Assembly (NCBI GenBank): GCA_951406725.2
Contig: OX597820.1
Span: forward strand, 42,284,001-42,348,000
Length of the DNA: 64,000 bases
Reading direction: 5' to 3'
DNA from: Octopus vulgaris
Taxonomy: Eukaryota
The notes beneath the pieces were generated by a model. The model made no database searches and had not been told where the DNA came from. It saw only the letters and a program-made list of their open reading frames with translations. The position numbers and the translations under genes are program-made. Position 1 is the first letter of the stretch; every line of letters starts with the position of its first letter. Positions 1-13,212 of the stretch are shown here, piece by piece.

Positions 1-394
1 ATTGAAACGAATAATTAATTAATACTGTTTGGTTATTAATTTTACAAAAATGTAGCGAAAATTTCTGGACACATTGTATAATGAATGCGAATCGATATTT
101 CATACAGTTCTTACGATTTCAATATAGTTATAGAAACAAGGTAATCTCAAACTCACACTATGCCTACTAAAACGTCTAATTAAAAACGGGAAATAACTAC
201 GATATCCTTATATCATAATATTTTGTAGATCGTAGTATGTTTAACAGTTTCCGTATGATGAATAATCTGGAAAATAGGAAATATCTCATATCTCATACCA
301 AGAAACGCGCGCGCGTACACACACAGACAAACGCACGTATGTACAGAACATCCTTTCTTATCGAAAATTTTAGCGTGTAATAAAATATATGCAC

Positions 395-797
395 GGCGCA
401 GGAGTAGCTATAGTCGCAGGGATTGCTGTGTGGTAGGAAATTTACCTCCAAACCAGATGGTTCACGGTTCAGACCCACTTCCACTATAGATTCGGGTTCA
501 CCAAAGCCTTGTGAGTGTAATTCATAGAGAGAAACAGAAAAGAAACCCATCGTATATATTTATATATCTATGTATGTCTTTGTGTTTGTGTTTGTCCGTC
601 CCCACCACCGCTTAACAACCGGTATTGGTGTGATGATATCTTCGTAAATTAGCAGTTTCGCAAACGAAACCGATAGAATAAGTGCCAGGTTTTACAAAAA
701 TCAATACTGGGGTCGATTCATGTGACGAGAAATCATTTTTCAAGGTGGTGCCCCAGCATAGCCGCAGTCTAGTGACAGGAACACGTAAAGGATAGAA
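395..797 (+). mobile_element. tRNA-derived SINE, family A (diverged copy)
   Basis: Starts GGCGCAGGAG..GCTGTGTGGTAGG (A-box like), then GGTTCAGACCC (B-box like), an internal TA/TG microsatellite, and a 3' end GGTGGTGCCCCAGCATAGCCGCAGTC..GTAAAGGATAG. Colinear with copies at 26980, 33944 and 48795. Confidence 0.85.
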
Positions 798-1813
798 CAT
801 GGCATTCTACATATCGTAAGTAAAAAAAATGCTCTCCCCATTTATGTGTGTGTGTTTGTGTGTGTATGTATGTGTGTTTGTGTGTGTGTCTGTGTTTGTA
901 TGTGTGTGTGTATACGTGTGTGTGTGTGTGTGTGTGTGCTATCTTATTTGAAAGAAAAAAAACGAACAATTTCCTGGACGACTGCTTCATATATTGGAAA
1001 TGTATAAAGGAAAATTACTTCTTTGCAGATTTTAGTAATCACGCAAAATAATATTACAATTGTGCTCTCGTGAAAGTACCACGCCAATACTTAGACTTTA
1101 GATTTTACCCTCCATCCCATACTAAATATGTCAAGACCTATTTTTTAACCTTTTATGCACTCAAGTTGACGAGAAAGGCAACAAGTTTCCTTCAGAAATA
1201 AAAATACCGAAAATCTTGGTAAATCATACCATAACCAGAGCAGTAAACATATAATACCTGACTCGCAGGGAAACCCTCGTAATGCAGGCAAAGAGAAAAA
1301 CATAAATGCACCAATGCACCATATGTGCTCACACATAATCTTAGAAGCTACGATATATCATAAACGATATATTTCCATTCTATAACGACTCTGTAATTTT
1401 ATAAAACTATTGAAAGTGTCAAATTATTTACCAGCGAAAACTATCATTAAGTTTTAAAAGTGTCAACAAAGATATAATCACAAGCTATGGAGACCTTTTT
1501 CTCTTGGGCGAGGGAATTACTGAACAGGCAAAACCAAAGAATTCATAAGTGCGAAGGGTTTGAAAGTAAAAAATATAAATTGCAAAAAAGAAAGCATGTA
1601 TCACCTCTTCACAATGCAATGAGAGTTAAACCAAATCCAGCATCTAAATTATTATATTGTCATAGGGTACACGAGCAAAAAGAGAAAATATTAATTTCTC
1701 AGAAACGTTTAGTATAGTGAACAACTAGATATTTGTGCAGATGATATTTGGAAAATCACGGTGAAGACGCGTCGTCTTGTTTTAAGTATGTTCTGTTTCC
1801 GATTATCATATAA

Positions 1814-1948
1814 CTAGCAGAGTGCCCGGATGTGCTCGGGATTAAAATGGCATTTTTAAAAAATGATTTTACTTGCGACCACGCTGGAGTACATACATAC
1901 ATATCCATACATAAGTATATCATAGTGAAAATAATAGAAATGAAACTA

Positions 1949-1995
<47 letters not shown>

Positions 1996-3063
1996 TAAGA
2001 AAGTTGGTTTGTGAAAGCACGTGGTTGAATATATAGAAAATAGTAAGAAGTGAAAAAACTACAGAAGGCTTAAATGTTAGAAAATATATATTTGCGTCAA
2101 TATGTCTGAAGAATATTAAAAATTTTTTTTTCCCTCTTAAAATGACATAATTTAGAAGAAAGACCGGTTTCGCGTTTAGCTTTTCAAATTTCTTGCGACG
2201 TTATGTTTATGTTGAACAGGGTTATCGTTATGTTTATGTTCACAAGAGTTCTAAATAAGGGGAGGAAATGAGTGATTTCTTCCGGTGTAAGGGAGATAAT
2301 CGCTTAAAAATTTTTAATCTTTCAATTTTTAATCTTTCCATTTTACCGATGTGCTATCGGATCATCAACACAAATTAAACTAAACAAGGAAACATTCTTC
2401 ATTGAAAAGTACAAGCCCGGACTTAACCATCCCAACATACTGATACAGAGAAATTCACACCAAGGGAAAGGAAAAAAATTTAAGCGATTATCTCCCTTAC
2501 ACCGGAAGAAATGACTCATTACCTCCCTTTATTTAGAACTCTTTTGAACATAAACATAACGATAACCCTGTTCAACATAAACATAACGTCGCAAGAAATT
2601 TGAAAAGCTAAACGCGAAACCGGTCTTTCTTCTAAATTATGTCATTAAAGAGGGAAAAAAAAAATTTTTAATATTCTTCAAAAATTTTTTTAATATTCTT
2701 CAGACATATTGACGCAAATATATATTTTTTAACATTTAAGCCTTCTGTAGTTTTTTCACTTTTTACTATTTTCTATATATATATATACAAAGTGAAAGTA
2801 TTAATAGTCACTATTAAAACTGAAATGATCTCACATTACAATAGAGGTGTTATACTGAAATAGTGTAAGAGATAAGAGATTGCTCCGGGCTCGCATTAGG
2901 CAAGAAGTTGAAAAGTGTTTTTGGCCCATAACACTGCATGGACCCAAAGTAAGGCATGTATAAAATTTGAAATGAAATCGGTCGGGTAGTTCTCGAGTTT
3001 TAGTGATACACGCCTACATCTACAAACACACACACACGCATGCACATACATTCTCAGTTTTTT

Positions 3064-3143
<80 letters not shown>
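1814..3143 (-). mobile_element. Non-autonomous Helitron-like element
   Basis: Minus strand begins TC (3143-3142) followed by (TA)n-AAAA-CTGAGAATG, and ends CTAG (1817-1814) preceded by the imperfect GC hairpin CCCG..CGGG (1825-1840). Inserted between A and T with no TSD. Subterminal AAATCGGTCGGGTAGTTCTCGAG plus CA microsatellite resembles other small Helitrons. Confidence 0.8.
2029..2780. repeat. Long inverted repeat (arms ~2029-2315 and ~2472-2780, ~160-bp spacer) inside the Helitron
   Basis: e.g. GAAGAAAGACCGGTTTCGCGTTTAGCTTTTCAAATTTCTTGCGACG (2155ff) is the reverse complement of CGTCGCAAGAAATTTGAAAAGCTAAACGCGAAACCGGTCTTTCTTC (2587ff). Only a few substitutions, plus a ~20-bp duplication in the right arm. 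Confidence 0.95.
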
Positions 3144-5805
3144 TGAGTTCAAAATCATGATACGTTGTACCTTTGAGACAGGCACTTCATTTTACTTTGC
3201 TCTGGTTTACTAGCCTAATATGTGTATCAAATGGCTGCGGCTGTGGCACTCTCCCTCTTCCAGTTTTTCCATTCTAGATGTGCCGCAGAGTTAAAGGATG
3301 CCTCTGTCAGCTTGAGATTACAGAGGTGCCAAAAACAATTAGTAAAAGCATTGTACATATTCCAAACGCTTAGAAGTTCGTGGGTGACGCCTACCTTCCG
3401 GAATGTTGTTCACAAAGATGATGACAAACTTTAAATAATAACGAGGCGTTGATTATATTTAGTTACGTCAGCTATCCGAATTATTACTATTACAATGATT
3501 AGTATTATGAAGATAAAGTTAATGATTATGATTTTGTGTGGATGATAATGTACGTTACAGCTGCAAATATAACTGATCATGATGTTGATAATGATAATGT
3601 TAATGATGACGATGTCAGAGATGATGATGAAGGTGACAATAACAACGATATTTGTGGCGGTAGAGTTTTGTGTTGGTAGTAGTGTTGAGGAAATGGTTAA
3701 GGCCTAACTACAATACTCATTTTGCTGAGCATGGCATTGCTAACGATGGCAACACCACTTCAAAGTTATAGTTTTACCACCCGTAGTACAATGTGTTTAA
3801 ATCTGGCATAGTTCCGGCCAGAAAAGTGTGCTAAAGAGGAGGACAAAATTCCCATGAAAGCAATAACTCGAACATTTAATTAGAAATATTTCAATTTTGG
3901 TGTATTGAAATAAATGTTTGCCTCGGGGCGTAAAGAACATGGGTGTAAATCATGCAACTATTGGAATCTATTCAAGCAGTATACAGTTACAGTGACTGCA
4001 GAATAGCTGCATAACACGAAGCTGAACTACACGACTGCAAAATAACTGCGTAATAAAACACTCCTAAAGGAGCTTGCATTAGTTTCACAAACAATGAAAT
4101 TAACTAGTCATAGCAGTAATTAACGTAACACCTGAGAAGAATAACTGTGATATGGTGTGAGAAAAGGCTAGCACTCACACAGATTTCCGCTATTTCTATA
4201 GACTAATTTGCACCTTACAAGGCTTATGATGACCCGAGACTAAGCTAAAATATCCTGGATTTCATGACTGGTACATTTACTACAATATCATAAACAATAT
4301 TGCACGAAACGATATACGTCACTAACAACACTACACAACACTATTTATATACCAAAATACACTACATTACAAATACAACACCACTCGTAGATTTTACTAT
4401 ATAGCAATGAACTAAATAACAACAAATTATAATGCATTGTATACATGGCACTAAGCCCTACCACACAGACGTTTACACCGTATGACAAGACACATACCGC
4501 AGTGTGTTACACAACACTACAATCACATATGAGATTATATGCATGCTCCCACAAATTGCTGGTTGAAATTCAGAATACTCTAGCATATTTCTGCTTTTCA
4601 GCGTTTAGATTGTATTTACAAAATGTATATTATTCGTAATTGTCTTTCCTCTCTGAAAATTATAGCCTTTCGTGTGTACCACTTCAATGTTTACTGACAT
4701 AAACAAGTACTCCAATAATTATTTATTCAAAACTAAATTCATAACCAAGGTAGGGAACATGAATATTTCGATGCAGTTGTCATTAAATAATGTTTTTTTC
4801 AGTGATATTGAAGGTAATAGGCACGTCTGTAAAGCTAAATTCAGTAACTGTGTAAAGTTTGTTTTTACCGTCTTTTTTTTTTCATAAGCTGCCATATTAA
4901 AGTTTTATGTTGGTGAATTTAGAAGAATGTTAGAGGAAATATCCCACAAAATATTCTTGAGTTGATATATTTCCAGACTAGTCCTACGATAGTCATATTC
5001 TGTATAGTTTGAAAATCATTATACTGCATTAGAATGAAGTAATTATTTATATGGGCAGCTACAGGCTTCTTGAAACATTTTCCAAAAAATATAACATTCA
5101 AAGTTCCGTTGAAGTGCCTTATTGTGTCTTTTATGCAACAGATATAGCTTGTTACTATCTCAAGCTATTCAATTAATAACGGCATAACCTTCAAATATAT
5201 CAGAAAGTCAGGACAAGCTACCTGCTTTGCACACATTAGTGTCAAACATAAATTATGTCAAAATATGTTCAATAAATCCTTTTCGGTATGCAGATTGTAT
5301 TTTATCTAGATATTTATTATCACATGTTACTCCAGCAATTCTGGAAATTACGTGGATCACCACTAAGGAGTGATTACTTCTTGTTTAGTTCATTCCCGAT
5401 ATGAAAGATCTTTTTCTCCTCTTTCTGTTTAACACTTGGTATTAGATTTGTTTTTGCTTCAGATGTTTATCAAATATTGTCTAAATGATACGATACGGTA
5501 TTCAATGGCAGTCTGGTTTCATATTTATCTTCTGTGCCATTTCCATAATTTTTTCTAAGAAGGATCCTACCACTATCGTTATATGAAGGGAAACTTCTAG
5601 TCTATTTAAAAATATTGCAGGCTAACTATCAGTGGAGTGAAATTATTCCAGATGAGACAAATGATTATCCTAGAAATTGGAAAAAAATATGAACTTTGGA
5701 ATGCTGTCTTGACATACCAGGAGACTTATATTGCGATATATTTGCAGGCATATTATAAGGCATGTATAATTAATGTACGTATACACACACACACACACAC
5801 GAACG

Positions 5806-5891
<86 letters not shown>

Positions 5892-6066
5892 TGTACATCT
5901 GTGATCGGGTACGTGTTCCTTACGCGTGTAAGGCGAATATGTGCCTAAAGTTAGAAATATCAGCGGTCTCCCCTCTCGATTTCTCTTTCTCTCTCTCTCC
6001 TCATCTCTCTCCATAATATATATATATGGATATGCATCTATATACGTATGTGTGCATATATATATC

Positions 6067-6113
<47 letters not shown>

Positions 6114-6177
6114 TATACATATATCAGTATATATACATATATATATATATGTATATATGTGTATATGTGTATATGTG

Positions 6178-6209
<32 letters not shown>

Positions 6210-6263
6210 AGTTAATTTGGCGATAAAACCAATATTAGGCAAATCAAACAGTGAAAAACATAA

Positions 6264-6320
<57 letters not shown>

Positions 6321-6524
6321 TGAGAAGGGAGAAAAGAGAGATGGGCTAGATTGATGAAAACTTTTCAGAATATTTTTTAGAATAATTTTATGCCTCATAT
6401 ATACATCGAAAATATGTAATACATACAAAAATATAAGTTATATACATACCTACATACACACATGCATACATAAACTTAAATATATGTGCGTATTTTCACA
6501 TATGTGCATACAGACACACACACA

Positions 6525-6565
<41 letters not shown>

Positions 6566-8806
6566 GTACTATTTTTTATTCAATTCTTGTATTTTTGTAC
6601 ATCTTTCCTTGAATGTACAATTGTGAGATTTGCACGGAGAATAGCACGAACAAAAAAAAAAGCGAAAACTTCATAAGAGAATAAAAAGAAAGGAAATCTG
6701 TAGACTTTAGAAGCAGATGCTTTCCTTGGATACTCACATACTACACATTCACGCACACGTGCATACTAGTATGAATACCCCGATACATTAGATGACTGGC
6801 GGCCACACGCACACAGACAAATACACACACACACACACACGCACACACACATTGAAACACGCACTTTTATGCATGCGTTTACTTCTTAAGTATAGCTCGC
6901 CAGAACTTGATGGCGAATCGAACGGCATTGGAAGGCAAGCAGCCAAATCTGTGGCAGTGGTATGGGATAGACGGAAGCTAGATGGCAGATCTTTACCACA
7001 GAAAGTGAGCTGCGTGCTTTATCTTCGATGTCTGATGTCCATTTGCCATAGTCACTAAGCATCGTCCGGTTTTTCCCGTATGTCAACTGGACGTTATATC
7101 GGACATTAACTCTCTCACTCACCGATTTAGACATCTCGGTTTAATCGCCCATTCGTCGTCTGTTTGCCTACTTTAATTATGGTTGTTTGTCTTTCTGACT
7201 AATCTTATCTGGCTTGTTTTGTTGTTTTGTTTTCTTTTATTTTAAGTATGAATGTGTGTACGTGTATATGTAGATGAACCTTTGTTTGTGTGTGTTAATA
7301 TCAATAGAAGTGTATTTATGTACGCTTCTGAACATCCACGAGCGTGCTTAGTTTCTTTGTCCGTGACTGATAAAATTAATGTACGAGCCTAAACGTTTGT
7401 ATATGAATATGCGCATGCGTATATGTATATGAGAGTGGATGTGAGCGTCTTCGCGTGTGTATATGCACATATTTAGGCATATATATATATATATATAAGT
7501 AAGAAGAGGGATATAATAACCAGGTAGATGCAGAATGTCTCTGAGTAAAAAGCCAAGGCCTGTTCCTTCTGATAGTGCATTATGTAATACTCACACACAC
7601 GCTCACACGTATTTATCTAAGTGCGTGTACATATGTGTTTATCAAGTGAGCTTGTTTTGTATTAGTGTTCATATTACTGAAGATATATATACCTGAGTAA
7701 GTTTGTGGAGAATAATGTAGAAATGTATAGAATAAGAATTAAGATTCAGATAAAAGTGAATCCTAATTTCGTTTCTCTACTGAAAGCAATAACGGTTACA
7801 CCCACAACTTATAAACTCTTAAATTAAGTTTGGACATCCTCCTTCAATACTAAACAATTTCGAATATATTCGTGGGGCACCATCATTTACAGAATTCTAC
7901 CCTTAGTTATATTGACAGGATAGTTAATGAGTCATCATTACAAACATACGTTATGTATATTAACTGATATTAAAATAGCGATCTTGAGAATAGTGTGTTT
8001 TTCAAAGATGAAAAGCCATACAGATATGAATTATATTTGGTTATGCTTATTGATGTATTGTTTAGCCGTCCGAAGTGTTGATGACACATATGCTGTAACA
8101 GTTCCTGAGACATAACTATAGCCAAAAGTTCATGAGGCATAGCCATTGCCAAAAGCACTTATCTAAATATGTTGTGTTAGTACAACTTACTATTGTAAGG
8201 AACCAATAAAACTGGTTAATAATTTTGTAATTCCCTTTTCCTACATGTAAAATAAGCAATTCAAAATTATATCAGATAGACAAGTCGATAGTGCCCCGAG
8301 AAACCTATCAAGAGATTGGTGGCCCAAATCTGCCACTGGTACATTTTGTTCGTAGTAAATTAAACCCTCATATAACATAATTAGTATAGCTGAAAATAGA
8401 AGTTGTAGTTTGGAACATTTTGCTACCAAAGACAATTGCCTTACTATAAAATTGCTTAGTACTTACTAATGTGTAGTATTGTATGTACACGCACGACTTC
8501 TGGACGAATAACTTCAATCGGACTCTTCTGAAAATACATTACATAAATAACGAGTTACCGTCATTTCTCATCCAGCATATTTATTAGCATACCACTTCTA
8601 GACCAGCAGGAATGAGTTGAAAACTTTTTAGTGTATTTTTTCCAATCCATCTTGAGATAAGAGGGGCGTCTGCAGGTAATCAAGCACGCCCCATGAATAG
8701 ATTAAGCGACAGAAAGTACTTAAGTGAAAACTAATTTTGTTAGGTATAAAGTATGATGTTCGATTATTAATAAGTACGTTATGAAAGCGTCGAGTACTGA
8801 ACTGCG

Positions 8807-8854
<48 letters not shown>

Positions 8855-9279
8855 GTACATACATTCATACATACATGTGTGTTTGTGTGCGTGCGTGAGA
8901 GAGAGAGAGAGAGTGTGTGTGTGTGCGTATTTGTGCGTATATGGACTCTCAGCTGGTTTCTCGGGGCACTATCCAATTCTCTAACCCATCTCTTTTGAAT
9001 TACTCATTACATATACACTTAGAAAAAGTAAATTTGAAATTACTAGCTAGTTTTATTGGTTGCTTACAATGTTAAGTTGTACGAACACAAGTTGTGCAAA
9101 TTTGTAGATTAATGCTTTTGGCAATGACTACACCCCAGAAAAAATTGCAACCTACGAATCATCGACACTGCAAAAGGCTAACAAATATACATTCATACAT
9201 ACACACATACGCACATACATACACCTTCGAATCCCGTATGGTATCACTCAGGCAGCGCCTGCTAAACAACAGCAGCAAA

Positions 9280-9748
9280 GTGGTCAGGGCAGCGGACTCG
9301 CAGTCGTAAGAACGCGGTTTCGATCCCCCAGCCCGGGCATTGTGAGTGTTTACTGAGCAAAAGCACCTAAGCCCCATGAGGCTCCGGCGGAGGGGGTTGT
9401 GAACCCCCTGTACTCTTTCACCACAACTTTCTCTCACTCTTTCTCCCTACTTCTGCCACAAAGCAGAGGAACCATGGTGTAACCCACTATGGTGTGGTAA
9501 ACTTTCAGACCTTAGTCTAGATTGCGAATCCTCTGTACCCCAGGATGGTTCGGCTGTCGACCCGTTAAAAGCCACCGTTTACGGAATGAGAATAACAACG
9601 TAGCTTTCGCGCCCGTTCAACCGCCAGTTCCTTGCATGTAGTGGATGGATCTTCAAGTTGCCACACGCATGCTTAGTAGCTTAGAGTAGGCTCGAATTAG
9701 AGATTATTCTTTGTGACTAATGGCGTGAGTCTTGATTGGAAGAAGAAG
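9280..9748 (+). mobile_element. tRNA-derived SINE (family B head, different tail ending (GAA)n) with 11-bp TSD
   Basis: TSD ACAGCAGCAAA at 9269-9279 and 9749-9759. Head GTGGTCAGGGCAGCGGACTCGCAGTCGTAAGAACGCGGTTTCGATCCCC matches the SINE at 22292-22591. Ends GATTGGAAGAAGAAG. Confidence 0.9.
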
Positions 9749-10203
9749 ACAGCAGCAAAAATAAATATATAATTGCAGTGCTGAAAAGTGAAGTGAGCAA
9801 CATTGTACGAGTTGGTAGTGAGCTCCTGAAGAAGCACTCTCTTCCTGATGATCTCCTTTACAGCCGCAAAACGGCTGGGGTCTCTTACCTCAGAGAACAT
9901 CTGGATGGAAAACACTCAGTATACAAAAAAAAAAGAGACTATGCATAGATATGCTACCCGGAAGCTTGAAGATGACAATAGAATCGACACGAAGCGCAGC
10001 CTCTCTTGGACATAAGACCAACCGCATGTGTAGGAGGCCATGTCATGTCTCTGTGGAAGACATCACGCATGTGATTAGCGGCTGTTCTAAAAAATGTCGA
10101 TAGAGTACTACCTCCATATGCGGCATGATGTTGTTGCTAAAACAATTTACACTGCCATCCGCAAAAAGACTGTCCGGAAATATACTTAGAAAATCCCACT
10201 GTT

Positions 10204-10626
10204 ATGGAATACATTCATAAACGCCAACGCAAGGAATACTGGTGGAATATTCCCATCAAAACCTCTGTCAAATGTAACCATAACAGGCCGGATATTGCTG
10301 TTTGGGACAGAGGGGCAAAGGTCTGTATCATCATAGTGGTCAGCTGCCCTGTGGATATAAATATCTCTTTGAAAATCAAAGAACAAGAGGATATCTGTAG
10401 ACAACTGATTCGAAACTTCCAGCTTCTATATACAGACTATGAATTAATATTCATACCAATAATAATTAGAGCACTAGGTTTTGTTAGTAAATGCTTAAAG
10501 AAGATTCTGGATAAACTGGGATTTTCAGAGAGAGAAATCGACCGACTAATTCGTACTTTACAAGTGCAATCTGGACGTAGTGGAACAGTAAATATATGCA
10601 AGACTTTTCTCAAATTCCAAATGTGA
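10204..10626 (+). pseudogene. Restriction-like endonuclease domain of the R4/Dong-like LINE
   Basis: 140-aa ORF with NRPDI-x-VWD, IIVVSCP (normally IIE(V/I)SCP) and IPIII-x-ALG motifs typical of RLE-clade LINE C-termini. Confidence 0.8.
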
Positions 10627-12759
10627 ATTTATCTGTGTTAACAACATCTCAAAATGGAGCCTTATATCACCTCAGTGGAAGATTTCTAATAATTAAAAAA
10701 TAGAAGAGACATGCATAAGTACGTACATACATACTCATCGAGTGATAACGAATAACTAGGCTTATTTGAGGTAAACAATCCCAATGTATTTCATCCGATG
10801 ATTGAATCCTTGGTTCGCTTCACTGGATTATAAATAGCTTACCGAGTGTATATCTATGGCAATTACGATGAATACGGAGGTTAATACATGTACACATTTC
10901 CTATATATACAGTATATTTAATTTAAATCTGCCCAACGTACGTTTCTGTTGCATAGACAACTCGCAATAGCATTTGCATCTAGTTTCATTCATCTGCCTA
11001 TTAACATATGCAAATTTGTTTAAGATATTTGATGAGTAGAAATATGTGTGGTATGTTTGTATATGCATGTATGAAGAGTAGATCTCAATGGGTATGTGTG
11101 AAACTCTGTAGTAGTGCATGTAGGTGACAGAATACCGATGAGTGTGTCTATAGGTATATGCATATGTAAGTGAAGCGTGTGAAAATATGGGGTATTTGTC
11201 TAAGGTGAGCTTATTCTTGTGTGTTAGACTGTTAAGTGTGAGTCTGCTAACTGTATATGATTGTCAGTGGTTAGGTACGAATTATGGGTGTTTGGGAGAG
11301 AATATTCCTTATTTTATCATACTACGTCTTCTTCTATGCAGCTCATATTTCCACAACTACAGCATCCCTAAATCTACCAGGTGAACAGCTTTCTACGAGT
11401 TACTTAACTCACTAAAATTGGCTGATAGCAGCAAATTTTTCTCTAAATACATTAAACCATTTTGTATATGCGTAGAATAATTCAGATATGCAGCTGCACA
11501 TAAGAATGGAAAGAGAATTCTATTGAAAAGAGTTCTGCTCGTTAAGTATAGGTATGAAGTTAAATTATATTAAATAAGAAAGACAATCGCATCAGAAAAG
11601 ATAGAACCGGCTTTACCAAAACACAAAACGAACAAAAATAAATGAATGAATAAATAGATAAATATATAAATAACGAATTGATCCATTACCGCATACAGAG
11701 AATGTACGAGCTTTCAACTCTTGATCATCCTACATAAAGTTGGTCCTTATCAAAGCATTATTCCTCAAGATTAGGACCAGAAGATCACAACGTTTGCTCA
11801 TGAGGGTTACAAATTGACATGGCAAATTTTAGAAATTCTGCAAAATAATATCTTCCACATAGAACGCTGACAGTTGTTGGTATGAATAGAATTCTTGGTA
11901 AAATTTCAACGTCTCTTAATCAATGTTCTTTTAAAGCTTGGCCCATGGCATTATTAGTGTTAGAAGAGAAGCTTCCCTCTAAAACTAGTATCAACTTTTA
12001 AGTAAAATGACCAGACACCTGACCTGTAAACTTTGCAAGATGGCTGTTTTTCAAGGTATATTGATTCTCATACATTCAGGTAGTTTTAAGGTCCAAAGCA
12101 ACAGCGAGTTAAAGTAAGCAGAGATTTTATTGGCTTTTTTTATTATTAGGGAAAGTGAATAGGTGTAATAACATTACCGCTTCTTCTTCCATTTCACATT
12201 TATTGCCAGTGAATTCCTACGATGTTCTACTGAAAACCATAAGAACATTTTGTTTGCTACTGTGCATTTATCTCTAACAGTCATTTTCTGCAGAATTCGT
12301 CAACTTCACGAATTTTCTGTAAAGTTGCAAATAGGTATTTCTTATTTACCCAATATTGAGACGTTATTTGAAGTAGAATGTGGTCTACCATCAGAAGAAT
12401 GACAGTGGCTGCACTACCCGAACAAAAAATCATGCTCTTATAATGAAATGTTTTAAGAAGCAATAGACGAACCACAAATGGTTATAGTTCTAGTATCAAT
12501 TAAACTTACAGTGATTTGTTTATATATTGAATGAACAGATTATTTTATATAGTTAATAGTAGGAAAAAACCCACTTAAGGTGGTCAGAGTGCATTCACAT
12601 CAATGAAAACTCACAATGAGTCACATCGTATCTGAACACAAACTCTACTGTCATGTACTGTGAGGTTTTAACGATCCCAGACGTAGAATATACTTTAAGA
12701 TGGACATTTAATATTCAAATACGTAGTTCGCTTCACCCATCCACTTGAGTTAAAATTGA

Positions 12760-13150
12760 ATAAAGCTGTGCAGGAATGCATACACTGGACAAATAAACAC
12801 TGCATCTTAATTAACAAAATGCATGTAAATGCTACACGAAAGGCTATGTGGACACTTATCCCACAGAAATACTTGTCGGAGGGAATTTAATACTGCCATA
12901 AACAAATTATTAAGATATGTCTGTCTTGTATATATAGCAGACCCTGGATTTCATTCCCCACATAAATATATTCTCGTGGATAACACTTTTCTCTATATGC
13001 GCTTCAATGTATTTATTATCACAAATAAATTGCACATCATGTTTGAGGCTCTGATGAGGCTGTTAGGCTCTCAAATTATAGGGGAAACAGCTGCAACTTA
13101 ATGAAATTCATAAGGTAATCTTTTATTCCTTAGTCATCAAGATATTTTCT
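12760..13150 (+). mobile_element. Very degenerate Penelope-like 3' remnant with hammerhead-like motif
   Basis: LCRNAYTGQ (GIY-YIG CxxxYxGQ-like) near 12765. CTGATGA (13051)..GAAACAGCTGCA (13084) with near-palindromic stem III. Ends at a (TA)n array. Confidence 0.45.
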
Positions 13151-13156
13151 TGAATG

Positions 13157-13212
<56 letters not shown>

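Larger units (their letters stand above)
9224..10705 (+). mobile_element. 5'-truncated R4/Dong-like non-LTR retrotransposon fragment (post-RT region, CCHC knuckle, restriction-like endonuclease), interrupted by a SINE
   Basis: Joined translation FESRMVSLRQRLLNNSSK|NKYIIAVLKSE..; then CHVSVEDITHVISGCS..YYLHMRHDVVAKTIY (CCHC + RHD); then EYWWNIPIKT..HNRPDIAVWDRGAKVCIIIVVSCP (PD-(D/E)xK RLE)..IPIIIRALG. Frameshifted. Confidence 0.85.

Noticed and set aside
1-80. Possible Tc1/mariner right end (..TGGACACATTG-TA)
   Set aside because: Too short, and the partner TIR would lie outside the window.
3255-3434. Possible exon after polypyrimidine-AG (3275)
   Set aside because: No good donor and no recognisable protein motif.
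9224-9290. Possible HDV-like ribozyme at the LINE 5' end (CTGCT..AGCAG-CAAA hairpin)
   Set aside because: Too little room for P1/P3, and the sequence is LINE coding region plus TSD.
9280-10705. Apparent tRNA-headed (Pol III-driven) LINE chimera
   Set aside because: LINE coding sequence continues upstream of the tRNA head, and an 11-bp TSD shows the SINE simply inserted into the LINE.
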